A stretch of 37,793 bases of DNA from Macrostomum lignano (Eukaryota). Positions 19,890 to 31,400 of the stretch are shown here, one piece after another (positions within the stretch are counted from its first letter, which is position 1; each line of letters opens with the position of its first letter). The notes under the pieces were generated by a model that was given only the letters and a program-made list of their open reading frames with translations, had not been told where the DNA came from and ran no database searches. The stretch covers positions 1 through 37,793 of the forward strand of contig NIVC01004697.1 of the NCBI GenBank assembly GCA_002269645.1, given 5' to 3'. Made by a program: the position numbers and the translations under genes.

Positions 19890-22800
19890 ATGCGCATTCG
19901 AGTCTACCGCAGCGCGCGCAACGCTCTACTTATAGCTGTCGGCCTAGCAGTAGTATATCTGTTTGTTCGCGGCATCAGCAGAAGCGACTATCCGAGTCCC
20001 GATAGCGCCAATGAGCGGCGCGCCGATGGCGCCGTGATCGCGGATACTGGCGCCGCTAAAAAGCTCGGTCAAGGAGACGATCATCGACGGGATCCAGTGG
20101 CCAACAATCCGCCCGCTAATCCGGTGGCGCCGTCGCGGCAAGCCGCGCTAGTGGTGTCGTCGGATCACGACGAGTTTGTCGAAGCGCCGCCCGCCGACTC
20201 AGCCGACGGTGGCGACGCCCTGCAGCTGGTGGACTGGCACGATCACAAGGCCATCGCCAAGGAAAAGCAGCGGAAAGGCCCGGGTAGGCTGGGGCAGTCG
20301 TTATTGTCACGGATAAGTCATTCGATCTGATTCCTGATCATTATAATCTCAAAAGTTTAATAAAGTCATTTTACTTGATCTAAATCCTAATAAAAAATGC
20401 GCAAATGCGAATCCTAATCCCCATACAAATTCAATAAATCCCATAGTAATCCTTACTTATCCCAGTCTTAATCCTTAGTTATAATCCTTATTCTTATCCC
20501 TGTTATAATCCTTATTCTACACTTTTTTGCATTCAATTTCAGCAAGCTGGCATTCAATTTCAGCAAGCTGGCATTCAAAATCGGCAATCTGCATTCAATA
20601 GTATATTAGGCGCCCGAGGGATTTCTCATTATCGCCCGCAAAGCCTGGGTAATACTGTGATTGTACCATAGACTATGTGGCTGACTTATACGAGCGCATG
20701 AGCTGCATTGAGGAATATGGGCATGGGGGTGTGGCGGGCAAATGATGGGGGTGCGGGGGCGAAGCCCCCACATTTCAACCGTAGACACAATGATTTAGTG
20801 ATCAACTATACAGTTCAATTATAAGAGAAAGAATAAAGCAAAGGTTAAAAATACATGAAATGGAAATAATCCATTATCGGCCCGACTTTTCGGGCCAAAA
20901 TGAAATCGTCTATGGCAATAATCGAATATCAGCCCGCCCGATAGCCACGTAGTCATGGTACAATTTAATTTTGTCTCAAACTTGTCTGCTCGTCTATGGG
21001 TAAACTTTATTGACGCGTGCAGATTTAGCATTCAATTTCGGCAATCTGCATTCAAATTCAGCAAAACACATTCGATTTCCACAACAGACGAGTGTTCAAT
21101 TTCGTGTACAGTTTACATCCAAAGAGGCTTTGTCGATCCTTTCATTTCACTTCACCCCAGCTTTCTGTTTTCTTCGACTGCAAGTGTAGATATCGAGCAT
21201 AGATATGAGTGACGATGAGATCATTGAAGAACAAGCTGTGACGAAGAAATTGAGTCAGAAGAAGATGGTCGAGGACCATACGCACGAGTTTCTGACGGAG
21301 ATAGAGCCCGCCTTATCGATGCCCACGAAACAGGGCAGGACTATTTACAACTTGCAGAGCTCATGAACATCAAGAGAGCCACCGCCTATTCAATAGTTCG
21401 ATCAGGCCGTCGATATAAACGACCCATGGGCGGAAGGCGGTACTCAAAGTTCGATGAGGAGATGCGCTGATGCGCTTCGCCGATCTAACAGTGAACGACA
21501 GCGTCAGTCAGGACAGGTGTCTCCAGTGGTACAATCACTGCTTCAGCTTTGTACCGAGAGCCTGGCCAGGATGCACATCAATGGGGACTGAAGGGCCACA
21601 CTTGACGTGACTTCGATTTTCTGCTTTTGTTCCCTATGACACTGTACATGTATTGGACGACATTTGTTTCGTTTTGCGTTTAGTTACTAAAATTTTGCTG
21701 AATTTGAATGCAGATTGCCGAAATTGAGTGCAAAATCTGCACGCGTCAATAAAGTTTACTCATAGACGAGCAGACAAGTTTGAGACAAAATTAAATTGAA
21801 TTTAGATTGCCGATTTTGAATGACAGCTTGCTGAAACTGAATGCGACTTTGGTTGAAATTGAATGCAAAAAGGTGTAATCCCTATTCTAATCCCAGTTAT
21901 AATCCTTTTTCTAATCCCTGTTATAATCCTTATTCTAATCCCAGTTATAATCCTTATTCTAATCCCAGTTATAATCCTTATTCTAATCCCAGTTATGATC
22001 CTTATTCTAATCCCTGTTATAATCCCTATTCTAATCCCAGTAATAATCCTTATTCTAATCCCAGTCATAATCATAATACAAGTGTGTGTATTATCCCAAG
22101 ACGTATACTAATCCTAAACCCTATTCATATCCCGAATACCAAATCCCAATCCCCATATCCCTAATTTTAAAATGGAATTCGATCAGCCCAGCCTCTCAAG
22201 CGCCATATTTGCCACCTATAAAATCTGAGTTTTATCCCACAAACCCCACAGGCGAGCAGGGGCTGGCCTACAACCTGCCGGCCGACCAGGACAAGGCGGA
22301 AGTGGACCGGCTCTACCGGGCCAACGGCTACAACGGCTACTTGAGCGACCGGCTGTCTCTCTACCGATCTATTAAAGACTTGAGGCATCCGCAGTGCCTG
22401 ACGCAGAAGTACCGGCGAAAGCTGCCCACAGCTGCCATTGTTATACCCTTCCATAATGAGCACTTCTCAACGCTGCTCAGGACTGTTGTGTCCTGTCGGC
22501 ATCGGGCGCCGAGGGAACTGCTGAAGGAGATTATTCTGGGTGAGTTGGGCTCTTCTGGAATATTCCTTAGCACCATGACATCACTGCATACCCTACTTGA
22601 GTATCCCTGAACACCTTGTTTGAGTACCTGAACATCCTTCTTGAGTACCTATAGGCACCCTACCTTGGTACCTTTAACACCCTTTTTCAGAGTTTTATAA
22701 CCTCTGAACGCTTCCACCTGAGCACCCTACCCATTCCTCCACCTGAGCACCCTACCAATTACCCTACCTGAGCACCCTACCCATTCCTCCATCTGAGCAC

Positions 22801-25450
22801 CCTACCCTTTCCTCCACCTGAGCACCCTACCCATTCCTCCACCTGAGCACCCTACCAATTACTCTACCTGAGCACCCTACCCATTCCTCCACCTGAGCAC
22901 CCTACCAATTACTCTACCTGAGCACCCTACCCATTCTTCCACCTGAGCACCCTACCCATTCTTCCACCTGAGCACCCTACCAATTACCCTACCTGAGCAC
23001 CCTACCCATTCCTCCACCTGAGCACCCTACCAATTACTCTACCTGAGCACCCTACCCATTCCTCCACCTGAGCACCCTACCAATTACTTTACCTGAGCAC
23101 CCTACCCATTCCTCCACCTGAGCACCCTACCAATTACTCTACTTGAGCACCCTACCCATTCCTCCACCTGAGCACTACCAATTACTCTACCTGAGCACCC
23201 TACCAATTACTCTACCTGAGCACCCTACCCATTCCTCCACCTGAGCACTACCAATTACTCTACCTGAGCACCCTACCAATTACTCTACCTGAATGCCTTT
23301 GGCCGACCTCTCCCACAGTGGACGACAACAGCAGCAAGCCGGAGCTGAAGACCCCCCTAGACGACTACCTGAAGGCGCACTTCGACAACGTATTCGTAGT
23401 CCGCGCCAAGCGCCGCGAAGGCCTCATACGAGCTCGCCTGCTGGGCGCCGAGCGGGTCACGGCCGACACCTTCATAGTGCTGGACTCGCACTGCGAGTGC
23501 GGCATCAACTGGCTGCCGCCGCTGCTCGACCCCATCGCCGAGAACTGGCGCACCGCCGTCTGTCCGTTTGTCGACATCATTGACTTCGACAATTATGAGA
23601 TCCGGCCGCAGGACGAAGGCGCCCGCGGCTCCTGGGACTGGCAGTTCTTCTACAAGCGGCTGCCGCTGCTGCCGGAGGACCGCCTGCACCCGGCCAGGCC
23701 GTTCGCCAGCCCCGTGATGGCCGGTGGCCTCTTCGCCATCAGCACGAAATTCTTTCGCGAGCTGGGCGGCTACGACCCCGGCCTGGATATCTGGGGCGGC
23801 GAGCAGTACGAGCTGAGCTTCAAGATCTGGCAGTGCCACGGCCGCATGCTGGACGCTCCTTGCTCCCGGGTGGCGCACATCTATAGGAAATTCGCACCCT
23901 TCCCGAATCCCGGCATTGGCGACTTTCTGGGCAGGAATTTCAAACGGGTGGCCGAGGTGAGGCTTGATTGATGGTAGCCTTAAGCTTGGTTCGAGTTTTG
24001 TTTATGGCACTAAGTCCAGAATAGATGTACTTTTATTGCTGATTGTATCTAAGTCTAAGATAATTGTACTTTTGTTGCTGATTTCTATCAAAGTATAAGA
24101 TGGGTGTACTTTTATTGCCGAAGATGGGTGTACTTTTATTGCCGATGGTACCCAAGTCTAAGGTGGGTGTACTTTTTATTGCCGATGGTACCCAAGTCTA
24201 AGATAAGTGTACTTTTATTGCCGATGGTACCCAAGTCTAAGATGGGTGTACTTTTATTGCCGATGGTACCCAAGTCTAAGATGGGTGTACTTTTATTGCC
24301 GATGGTACCCAAGTCTAAGATGGGTGTACTTTTGTTGCCGATGGTGCCCTGTACCCAAGTCTAGAGTGAACGGTTGTACTTTTTGATGGTTACCAAGTAT
24401 AGGATGAATGTAGGATGCTGATAGTACCCAAGTCTACATGTATGATGGATGTACTTTTATTGCTGATGGTAGATCCAAGCTTACGATGGATGTACTTTTA
24501 TTGATGATGCCGAAGTCTTTGATGTGATGCACTTTTATTAATGACGCGCAAGTCTAGAATAAGTAAGTACGGACTTTTAACAATAGACAGACAAACTTTA
24601 TGTTCACGTGAAGTCATCAAACAGTGCCGCTCCCAACCAACCGCAGGTGTGGATGGACGAGTACAAAGAGTACTTGTACAAGCGCAAGCAGCCCTACTAC
24701 AGCAACGTTCAAACCGGCAACATCACCGCCCAGAAGGAGATCCGCCGTCGGCTGAAGTGCAAAAGTTTCCGCTGGTTCATGGAGAAGGTGGCCTTCGACC
24801 AGCCCAAGCATTTCCCCCTGGTGGAGCCCGCGCCGGCCGCCAGCGGTGAGGTAAAAAATGTCGGCAACGGGCTCTGCTTGGATACGAAATTTCGAGGCGA
24901 GCACGCCAAGATTGAGGTTGACAAGTGCCTGGGCGACGGCGGGCAAGGCGAACAAAGACTGGTGCTGACCTACCGGAAGGATATCCGGCCGGACAAGAAA
25001 GACGTCTGCTTCGATGTGCCAAACAATGCTGATAGGGCGCCGGTTATTCTGTTTGGCTGCCACGGATTTCAGGGCAACCAGTGGTGGAAACTGATCGTCA
25101 ACACTGGACAGGTAAATGGTGTTGTTTCGATACATATCGGGATATTTGTTGTTGTGTGTTTCGATTCATATCGGGATATCAGTAATTGTTTCGATACATA
25201 TCGGGATATTTGTTGTTGTTTCGATACATATCGGGATATTTGTTGTAAGCCTAACCTAACTTTCCAACTTCGCTAGTTGAAGCATCCGGTGACCGACAAG
25301 TGCCTGGACTCGGACAAGGCGACCCGCGAGGTGTTCGTCAGCTACTGCGATCCGGCCAAAGACACCCAGCGCTGGAAATGGCAGTTCGTGAACGCCACGC
25401 TGGCTAACGGAGACGCCGCCCTGCCGGACGGCGAGCTGCGCATGAACTGA
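19890..25450 (+). CDS. Polypeptide N-acetylgalactosaminyltransferase (GT27), GALNT10/gly-10-like; exons 19890-20283, 22252-22539, 23319-23956, 24647-25111, 25277-25450; 652 aa
   Basis: Type II TM anchor ([14 protein letters not shown]); DWHD...GPGEQG; IVIPFHNE; ILVDD; [11 protein letters not shown]; DSH (DxH motif); [11 protein letters not shown]; [13 protein letters not shown]; [10 protein letters not shown]; ricin lectin with GNQWW and QRWKW. All four introns are GT-AG with matching phases (1,1,0,0). Summed CDS is 1959 nt. Confidence 0.95.
20520..21875 (+). mobile_element. Second Tc1/IS630-like deletion derivative (1356 bp) in GALNT intron 1
   Basis: Ends CACTTTTTTGCATTCAATTTCA and TGAAATTGAATGCAAAAAGGTG are flanked by TA (20518-19, 21876-77). 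Inner TIRs lie at ~20960-21066 and ~21692-21798. The remnant from ATG 21205 reads, with frameshifts, MSDDEII...[25 protein letters not shown](S)[20 protein letters not shown], an N-terminal HTH. Confidence 0.85.
21876..22075. repeat. Intronic minisatellite, 24 bp unit; a left remnant lies at ~20440-20519 on the other side of the transposon
   Basis: TAATCCTTATTCTAATCCCAGTTA repeated about 8 times. Confidence 0.95.
22714..23292. repeat. Intronic minisatellite, 25 bp unit with two mostly alternating variants (~23 copies)
   Basis: ACCTGAGCACCCTACCCATTCCTCC alternates with ACCTGAGCACCCTACCAATTACTCT in GALNT(+) intron 2. Confidence 0.97.
24010..24560. repeat. Intronic minisatellite, 39 bp unit, degenerate towards both ends
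   Basis: GATGGGTGTACTTTTATTGCCGATGGTACCCAAGTCTAA with period 39, in GALNT(+) intron 3. Confidence 0.93.
25125..25247. repeat. Intronic minisatellite, ~30 bp unit, 4 copies
   Basis: TTTCGATACATATCGGGATATTTGTTGTTG at 25125, 25159, 25189 and 25219, filling most of the 165-bp intron 4. Confidence 0.92.
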
Positions 25451-25574
25451 ACGCGATTAGGGGCAGTGAGCACTGCTCTCTTGTTCCTGATCTGTCCCTG
25501 CAATGACTGGCCCTAATCTGCCATTATAAATCCTTCATAATCCTTAATAAAGTCTTCCTTGATCCTCTTTCAAC

Positions 25575-25830
25575 GGTCTCCCTAATTCTCTCTCAAAGGC
25601 CTCCCTAATCCTCTCTTAAAGGCCTCCCTAATCCTCTCTCAAAGGCCTCCCTAATCTTCCCTCAAAGGCCTCCCTAATCCTCTCTCAAAGGCCTCCCTAA
25701 TCCTCTCAAAGCCTCCTCAATTCTCTCTCAAAGGCCTCCCTAATCCTCTCTCAAGGGCCTCTCTAATCCTCTCTTAAAGGCCTTAATTCTCTCTTAAAGC
25801 CCTCCCTAATCCTCTCTTAAAGACCCTAAT
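25575..25830. repeat. Minisatellite, 23 bp unit, downstream of the GALNT(+) stop
   Basis: GGCCTCCCTAATCCTCTCTCAAA with period 23 (25621, 25644, 25667). Confidence 0.92.
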
Positions 25831-26844
25831 TCGCCCTCTTCTAATACTAGTTTTCATGAAGCAGTGCTTGCGATCGATATAATGGAATCTCGCTGGCTGT
25901 TTTGAAAGCAGCGCAGGCGTAACCGAGGCCAAACATGACGATTCTAGTTTCTGCTGCTGCCTTGCAAGATTAGTTTGTCTTTTATTAATTTTAACCTGAC
26001 TCATGCGACTTAACTACTGGATTTATGACAGTTTTCATTTATCTTAGTTTTCTTAGAACTACGTGCCTTTATAGTTTTTGTTTGCTCTTGTTTATCGCCG
26101 ATGGGCTTAGGCTGGGTCTTAGCGACAGAAATCATATATCTGACCTTATCTGTTTTTTTTAACTGGTTCACTTTTTTGTACTCTTTACATATACAATCTT
26201 TTTTCTATGGAGGTCACTACCGTGTTTGCCTTTTTATGCTATGATATGATATATGAACTTGCCTGTTTTGCACTTTTATTGAGCTGGTTGTTGATTAGTT
26301 TCGCTTTATGTCGGTTTTTTGCGCTTTTTATCACTTTGGGCTGCTTCCCTGACATTTTTTGGTGATGCTTTTCTGAGGTGAGGCGTTTGCTGTCAAAGTC
26401 ACAATTTCTGATTTCTTATTGAAACCTGTGCAAAGTGCCTCTCCACTGGCCTGGCTGCATATGAGCGCATCTTCCATGCCAAAAGGTTTGTCACACAAAA
26501 ATACATGTGCTCGTAAATTATATGCCGCAGCGTTATTTATTGACAGTTAAAATTAACAATAACAATAACTAACAATCCTCCGCGAGAGTTCAGCGTCTTG
26601 TTCTATTTCTGGTATATTAATCAGTCCATTGTTGGCACTTGGCGCTGTGTGTGAGTTGATTTTCAGTAAGGCACATCAATTATTGATATTCCAGTGCAAA
26701 TTCAAAATGCATTTTAGAAGGCATACGCAGAGATTCTTGGTGATTCACATTCAAGAAATCGGATAAATATTTGTGGCCAAAGTAAAAATATCACTGTGAA
26801 TTTCACATACAGTTAGACAGGTGTGAAAGCGGTGATTGAGATAC

Positions 26845-28330
26845 TGATAACAGATACTTTAGCTGTCTAACAGGAAATTCAGCTATCTAACAGGTAATTC
26901 AGCTGTCTAACAGTTAATTCAGCTGTCTAACAGTTAATTCAGCTGTCTAACAGATAATTCAGCTGTCTGAGAAAATTAAGCTGTCTAGCAGGTAATTCAG
27001 CTGTCTTAACAGGTAATTCAGCTGTCTAGCAGGTAATTCAGCTGTCTTAACAGGTAATTCAGCTGTCTAACAGGTAATTCAGCTGTCTAGCAGGTAATTC
27101 AGCTGTCTGACAGGTACTTTAGCTGTCTGACAGGTAATTCAGCTGTCTAACAGGTAATTCAGCTGTCTGACAGGTAATTCAGCTGTCTAACAGGTAATTC
27201 AGCTGTCTGACAGGTAATTCAGCTGTCTGACAGGTAATTCAGCTGTCTAACAGGTAATTCAGCTGTCTTAACAGGTAATTCAGCTGTCTAACAGGTAATT
27301 CAGCTGTCTAGCAGGTAATTCAGCTGTCTTAACAGGTAATTCAGCTGTCTGACAGGTAATTCAGCTGTCTTAACAGGTAATTCAGCTGTCTAACAGGTAA
27401 TTCAGCTGTCTAGCAGGTAATTCAGCTGTCTGACAGGTACTTTAGCTGTCTGACAGGTAATTCAGCTGTCTGACAGGTAATTCAGCTGTCTGACAGGTAA
27501 TTCAGCTGTCTAACAGATAATTCAGCTGTCTGACAGGTAATTCAGCTGTCTGACAGGTACTTTAGCTGTCTAACAGATACCTCAGCTGTCTAACACAAAC
27601 CTTAGCTGTCTAACAGATACCTCAGCTGTCTAACACAAACCTCAGCTGTCTAACACATACCTCAGCTGTCTAACACAAACCTCAGCTGTCTAACAGATAC
27701 CTCAGCTGTCTAACACAAACCTCAGCTGTCTAACAGATAGCTGTCTCATCTGCTGTCTAACGCAAACCTCAGCTGTCTAACACATACCTCAGCTGTCTAA
27801 CAGATACCTCAGCTGTCTAACACAAACCTCAGCTGTCTAGCACAAACAGCTGTCTAACACATACCTCAGCTGTCTAACACAAACCTCAGCTGTCTAACAC
27901 AAAGCTGTCTCAGCTGTCTAGCACAAACAGCTGTCTAACAGATACCTCAGCTGTCTAACAGATACCTCAGCTGTCTAACACAAACCTCAGCTGTCTAACA
28001 GATACCTCAGCTGTCTAACACAAACCTCAGCTGTCTAACACATACCTCAGCTGTCTAACAGATACCTCAGCTGTCTAACACAAACCTCAGCTGTCTAGCA
28101 CAAACAGCTGTCTAACACATACCTCAGCTGTCTAACACAAACCTCAGCTGTCTAATACAAACCTCAGCTGTCTAGCACAAACAGCTGTCTAACACATACC
28201 TCAGCTGTCTAACACAAACCTCAGCTGTCTAACAGATACCTCAGCTGTCTAACACAAACCTCAGCTGTCTAACAAAAACCTCAGCTGTCTAGCACAAACA
28301 GCTGTCTAACAGATACCTCAGCTGTCTACC
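26845..28330. repeat. Intergenic minisatellite, 20 bp unit, ~70 copies, two sub-arrays
   Basis: CAGCTGTCTAACAGGTAATT runs to about 27560, then CAGCTGTCTAACA(CAA/GAT)ACCT. Confidence 0.97.
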
Positions 28331-28406
28331 ACAAGTTGAAACCCACAGCCCACCTGTTCAACAGGTCAGTTAACCGCAATGAAAGCGGGGAGGGGCAATA
28401 AATCAA

Positions 28407-31400
28407 TCAGGCGGCGGACACCCAGGCCCAGCGCTGGGCCGAGTCGGCCTTGCTGCACGGGACCAGCGCCAGCTGCTCCAGCCGCGAGTCCAGCGCCACG
28501 CAGCGACTGCTTGGCACGTGCCGCAGGCGGCCAATATCCGGGAAGTACTTGAAGTACTGATTGCCCCGCATGCCGTGGCAGGCAAACAGCTGGACGGCCC
28601 GACCGTCGGGCACGTCAAAGCAGCGCTCAGGTGGCGAGGCGTGGACGCGGATTTCGTCCCGCTCGCTGAGGTGCAGCAGCGTGGCGCCGCCGCCGCCGTC
28701 GCCGCAGGTGGTCATCGAGGGCTTGCTGTTGCCGGGTGCCACCGCTACGCACCTGTGGGGCTCAGGGTGCAAGCAGTTCTGCCCAGTCCGCTGACTCTTC
28801 AGAACATACTGTACATGTACAAGCGCGCGGGTACTGTATGCAGTCATACGAATACACTCAGGGTGTACAGCGGCCCTGAATTTCTAAGCGTTAGGCATGT
28901 ACACTCTGTGCTTTGAATGTTTTCCCTGTGTTAGATAAACATACTGTATATAGCTACATAGCAGCTTGGCGCCAGATGCACATGCTGTACATCAGCAGCT
29001 TGGCGCCAGATGCACATGCTGTACATCAGCAGCTTGGCGCCAGATGCACATGCTGTACATCAGCAGCTTGGCGCCAGATGCACATGCTGTATATCAGCAG
29101 CTTGGCGCCAGATGCACATGCTGTATATCAGCAGCTTGGCGCCAGATGCACATGCTGTATATCAGCAGCTTGGCGCCAGATGCACATGCAGTACATTAGC
29201 AGCTTGGCGCCAGATGCACATGCTGTACATTAGCAGCTTGGCGCCAGATGCACATGCTGTACATTAGCAGCTTGGCGCCAGATGCACATGCTGTACATCA
29301 GCAGCTTGGCGCCAGATGCACATGCTGTATATCAGCAGCTTGGCGCCAGATGCACATGCTGTATATCAGCAGCTTGGCGCCAGATGCACATGCTGTACAT
29401 CAGCAGCTTGGCGCCAGATGCACATGCTGTATATCAGCAGCTTGGCGCCAGATGCACATGCTGTATATCAGCAGCTTGGCGCCAGATGCACATGCTGTAT
29501 ATCAGCAGCTTGGCGCCAGATGCACATGCTGTACATCAGCAGCTTGGCGCCAGATGCACATGCTGTATATCAGCAGCTTGGCGCCAGATGCACATGCTGT
29601 ACATCAGCAGCTTGGCGCCAGATGCACATGCTGTACATCAGCAGCTTGGCGCCAGATGCACATGCTGTACATACCTATACAGTGCATAGAACTTCGCCGC
29701 TGTCACCATAGAGATTAAGCCAATCAGCTGATTCAGCTCGCTCACCTATTTGCCGACTCGGCCTTCAAAAAGCCCGTCAAGGACTTCGCGGGCCTTCTGT
29801 ACGGATAAAACTTCGGCTGATCGAAGGCCACATTCTTCATGTACCAGTCGAAGTTGTGACACTTCAGCCGCTCCCGGATGGCTCTCTGCTTGGTGAGGTC
29901 GCCGGCATCCACCAGGCGGTACTGCTCCTCATTGTTGGTGCTGTACAGCTGCTCCTTGTACTCGTCCATCCACACCTCGGCCACCCGCTTGAAATTTCTA
30001 GTGATAAAGTCTCCCAAGTTGCTGGGGTTTTTGTAGGGCATGAAGTTGCGGTAGATGTGCGCCACCCGGGAGCAGGGCGCGTCCAGCATGCGGCCGCCGC
30101 ACTGCCAGATCTTGAAGCTCAGCTCGTACTGCTCGCCTGCGGCGGTTCCGAGTTGAAGCCGAAGGGGATAAGCTGCTTCACTGAGACACTGCGGACAGGG
30201 TCTTCCTGAGAGTCACAGGGTCTTCCTGAGAGGGACAGGGTCTTCCTGAGAGGGACAGGGTCTTCCTGAGAGGGACAGGGTCTTCCTGAGAGGGACAGGG
30301 TCTTCCTGAGAGGGACAGGGTCTTCCTGAGAGGGACAGGGTCTTCCTGAGAGGGACAGGGTCTTCCTGAGAGGGACTCTGAGAGGGACAGGGTCTTCCTG
30401 AAAGGCACAGGGTCTTCCTGAGTCCCGATTCCGAGACAGTGCAGGACTATGTTAAGTTTTGTGGATGATCCTCAGGTGTTCTCAAATCTTCAGAGAGACA
30501 CCCAAGGTCCCATCTCAAATCTTCACAAAGACACCGGAGGTCCAATCTCAAAGCTACACGGGGTCCATCTCAAATCTTCACAAAGACACCAGAGGTCCAT
30601 CTCAAATCTTCACAAAGACCCAATAGGTCCATCTCAAAGGCACCAGTCACAAACCTCCCCAGATGTCCAGGCCGCTGTCGTATCCTCCCAACTCATTGAA
30701 CCAGCGCCGCGTCATAGCGAAGAGGCCGCCGGCCATGACGGGGCTGGCGAAGGGCTCCGCATGGTGCCGCAGGCTCTCCGACAGCAGCGGCAGCCGCTTA
30801 TAGTGGAAGCTGTTCCAGCTCCAGCTGCCCCGCGCGCCCGTGTCCTGCGACCGGATCTCGAAGGTCTCCTGGTTGATGACGTCGATGAACGGGCAGACGA
30901 CGGTGCGGTAGTCCTCGGCGATGGGGTGCAGCAGCGGTGGTAGCCAGTTGACGCCACACTCGCAGTGCGAGTCCATAACGATGACGACGTCGGCTGTGAC
31001 GGCGGCGATGCCGCGCATGCGGGCGCGGATCAGGCCTTCGCGCTTGGGGGCGCGCAGCACCCGGGTGAAGCCGCTCTGGGGGAAGTGCTTGGCCAGGGCC
31101 GCCTCCAGCGGGCCGCCCAGCGCCGGCTTCTGGCTGGCGTCGTCAACCAGGATGATCTCAGTGAGCAGCTGGGGCGGCGCCCTGGCGCGGCAGGACACGG
31201 CGGTGCGGAGCAGGGTGGACAGGTGCTCCTCGTGAAAGGGGATGACGAGTGCGGCCGTGGGCAGACGGCGGTAGTGCAGCTGCGAGCGGCACTCGGGGTA
31301 GCGCAGGTCGGGTATGGACCGGTCCAGGGCGATGCTGTCGCTAAGCAGGGCGTTGAAGCCGTTGGCCTGGAACAGGTCGGCCTTCTGGCGGGCGCTGGCA

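Noticed and set aside
21802-22164. NPYSNPSY and IRIITG repeat ORFs
   Set aside because: They are the 24-bp intronic minisatellite; the true exon begins at acceptor 22252.
25850-26840. Possible degenerate transposase between the GALNT genes
   Set aside because: Short reading segments with stops, no motif recognised, and no TIR or TSD found.
28913-29718. MHMLYISSLAPDAHAV repeat ORFs
   Set aside because: They are translations of the 34-bp intronic minisatellite.
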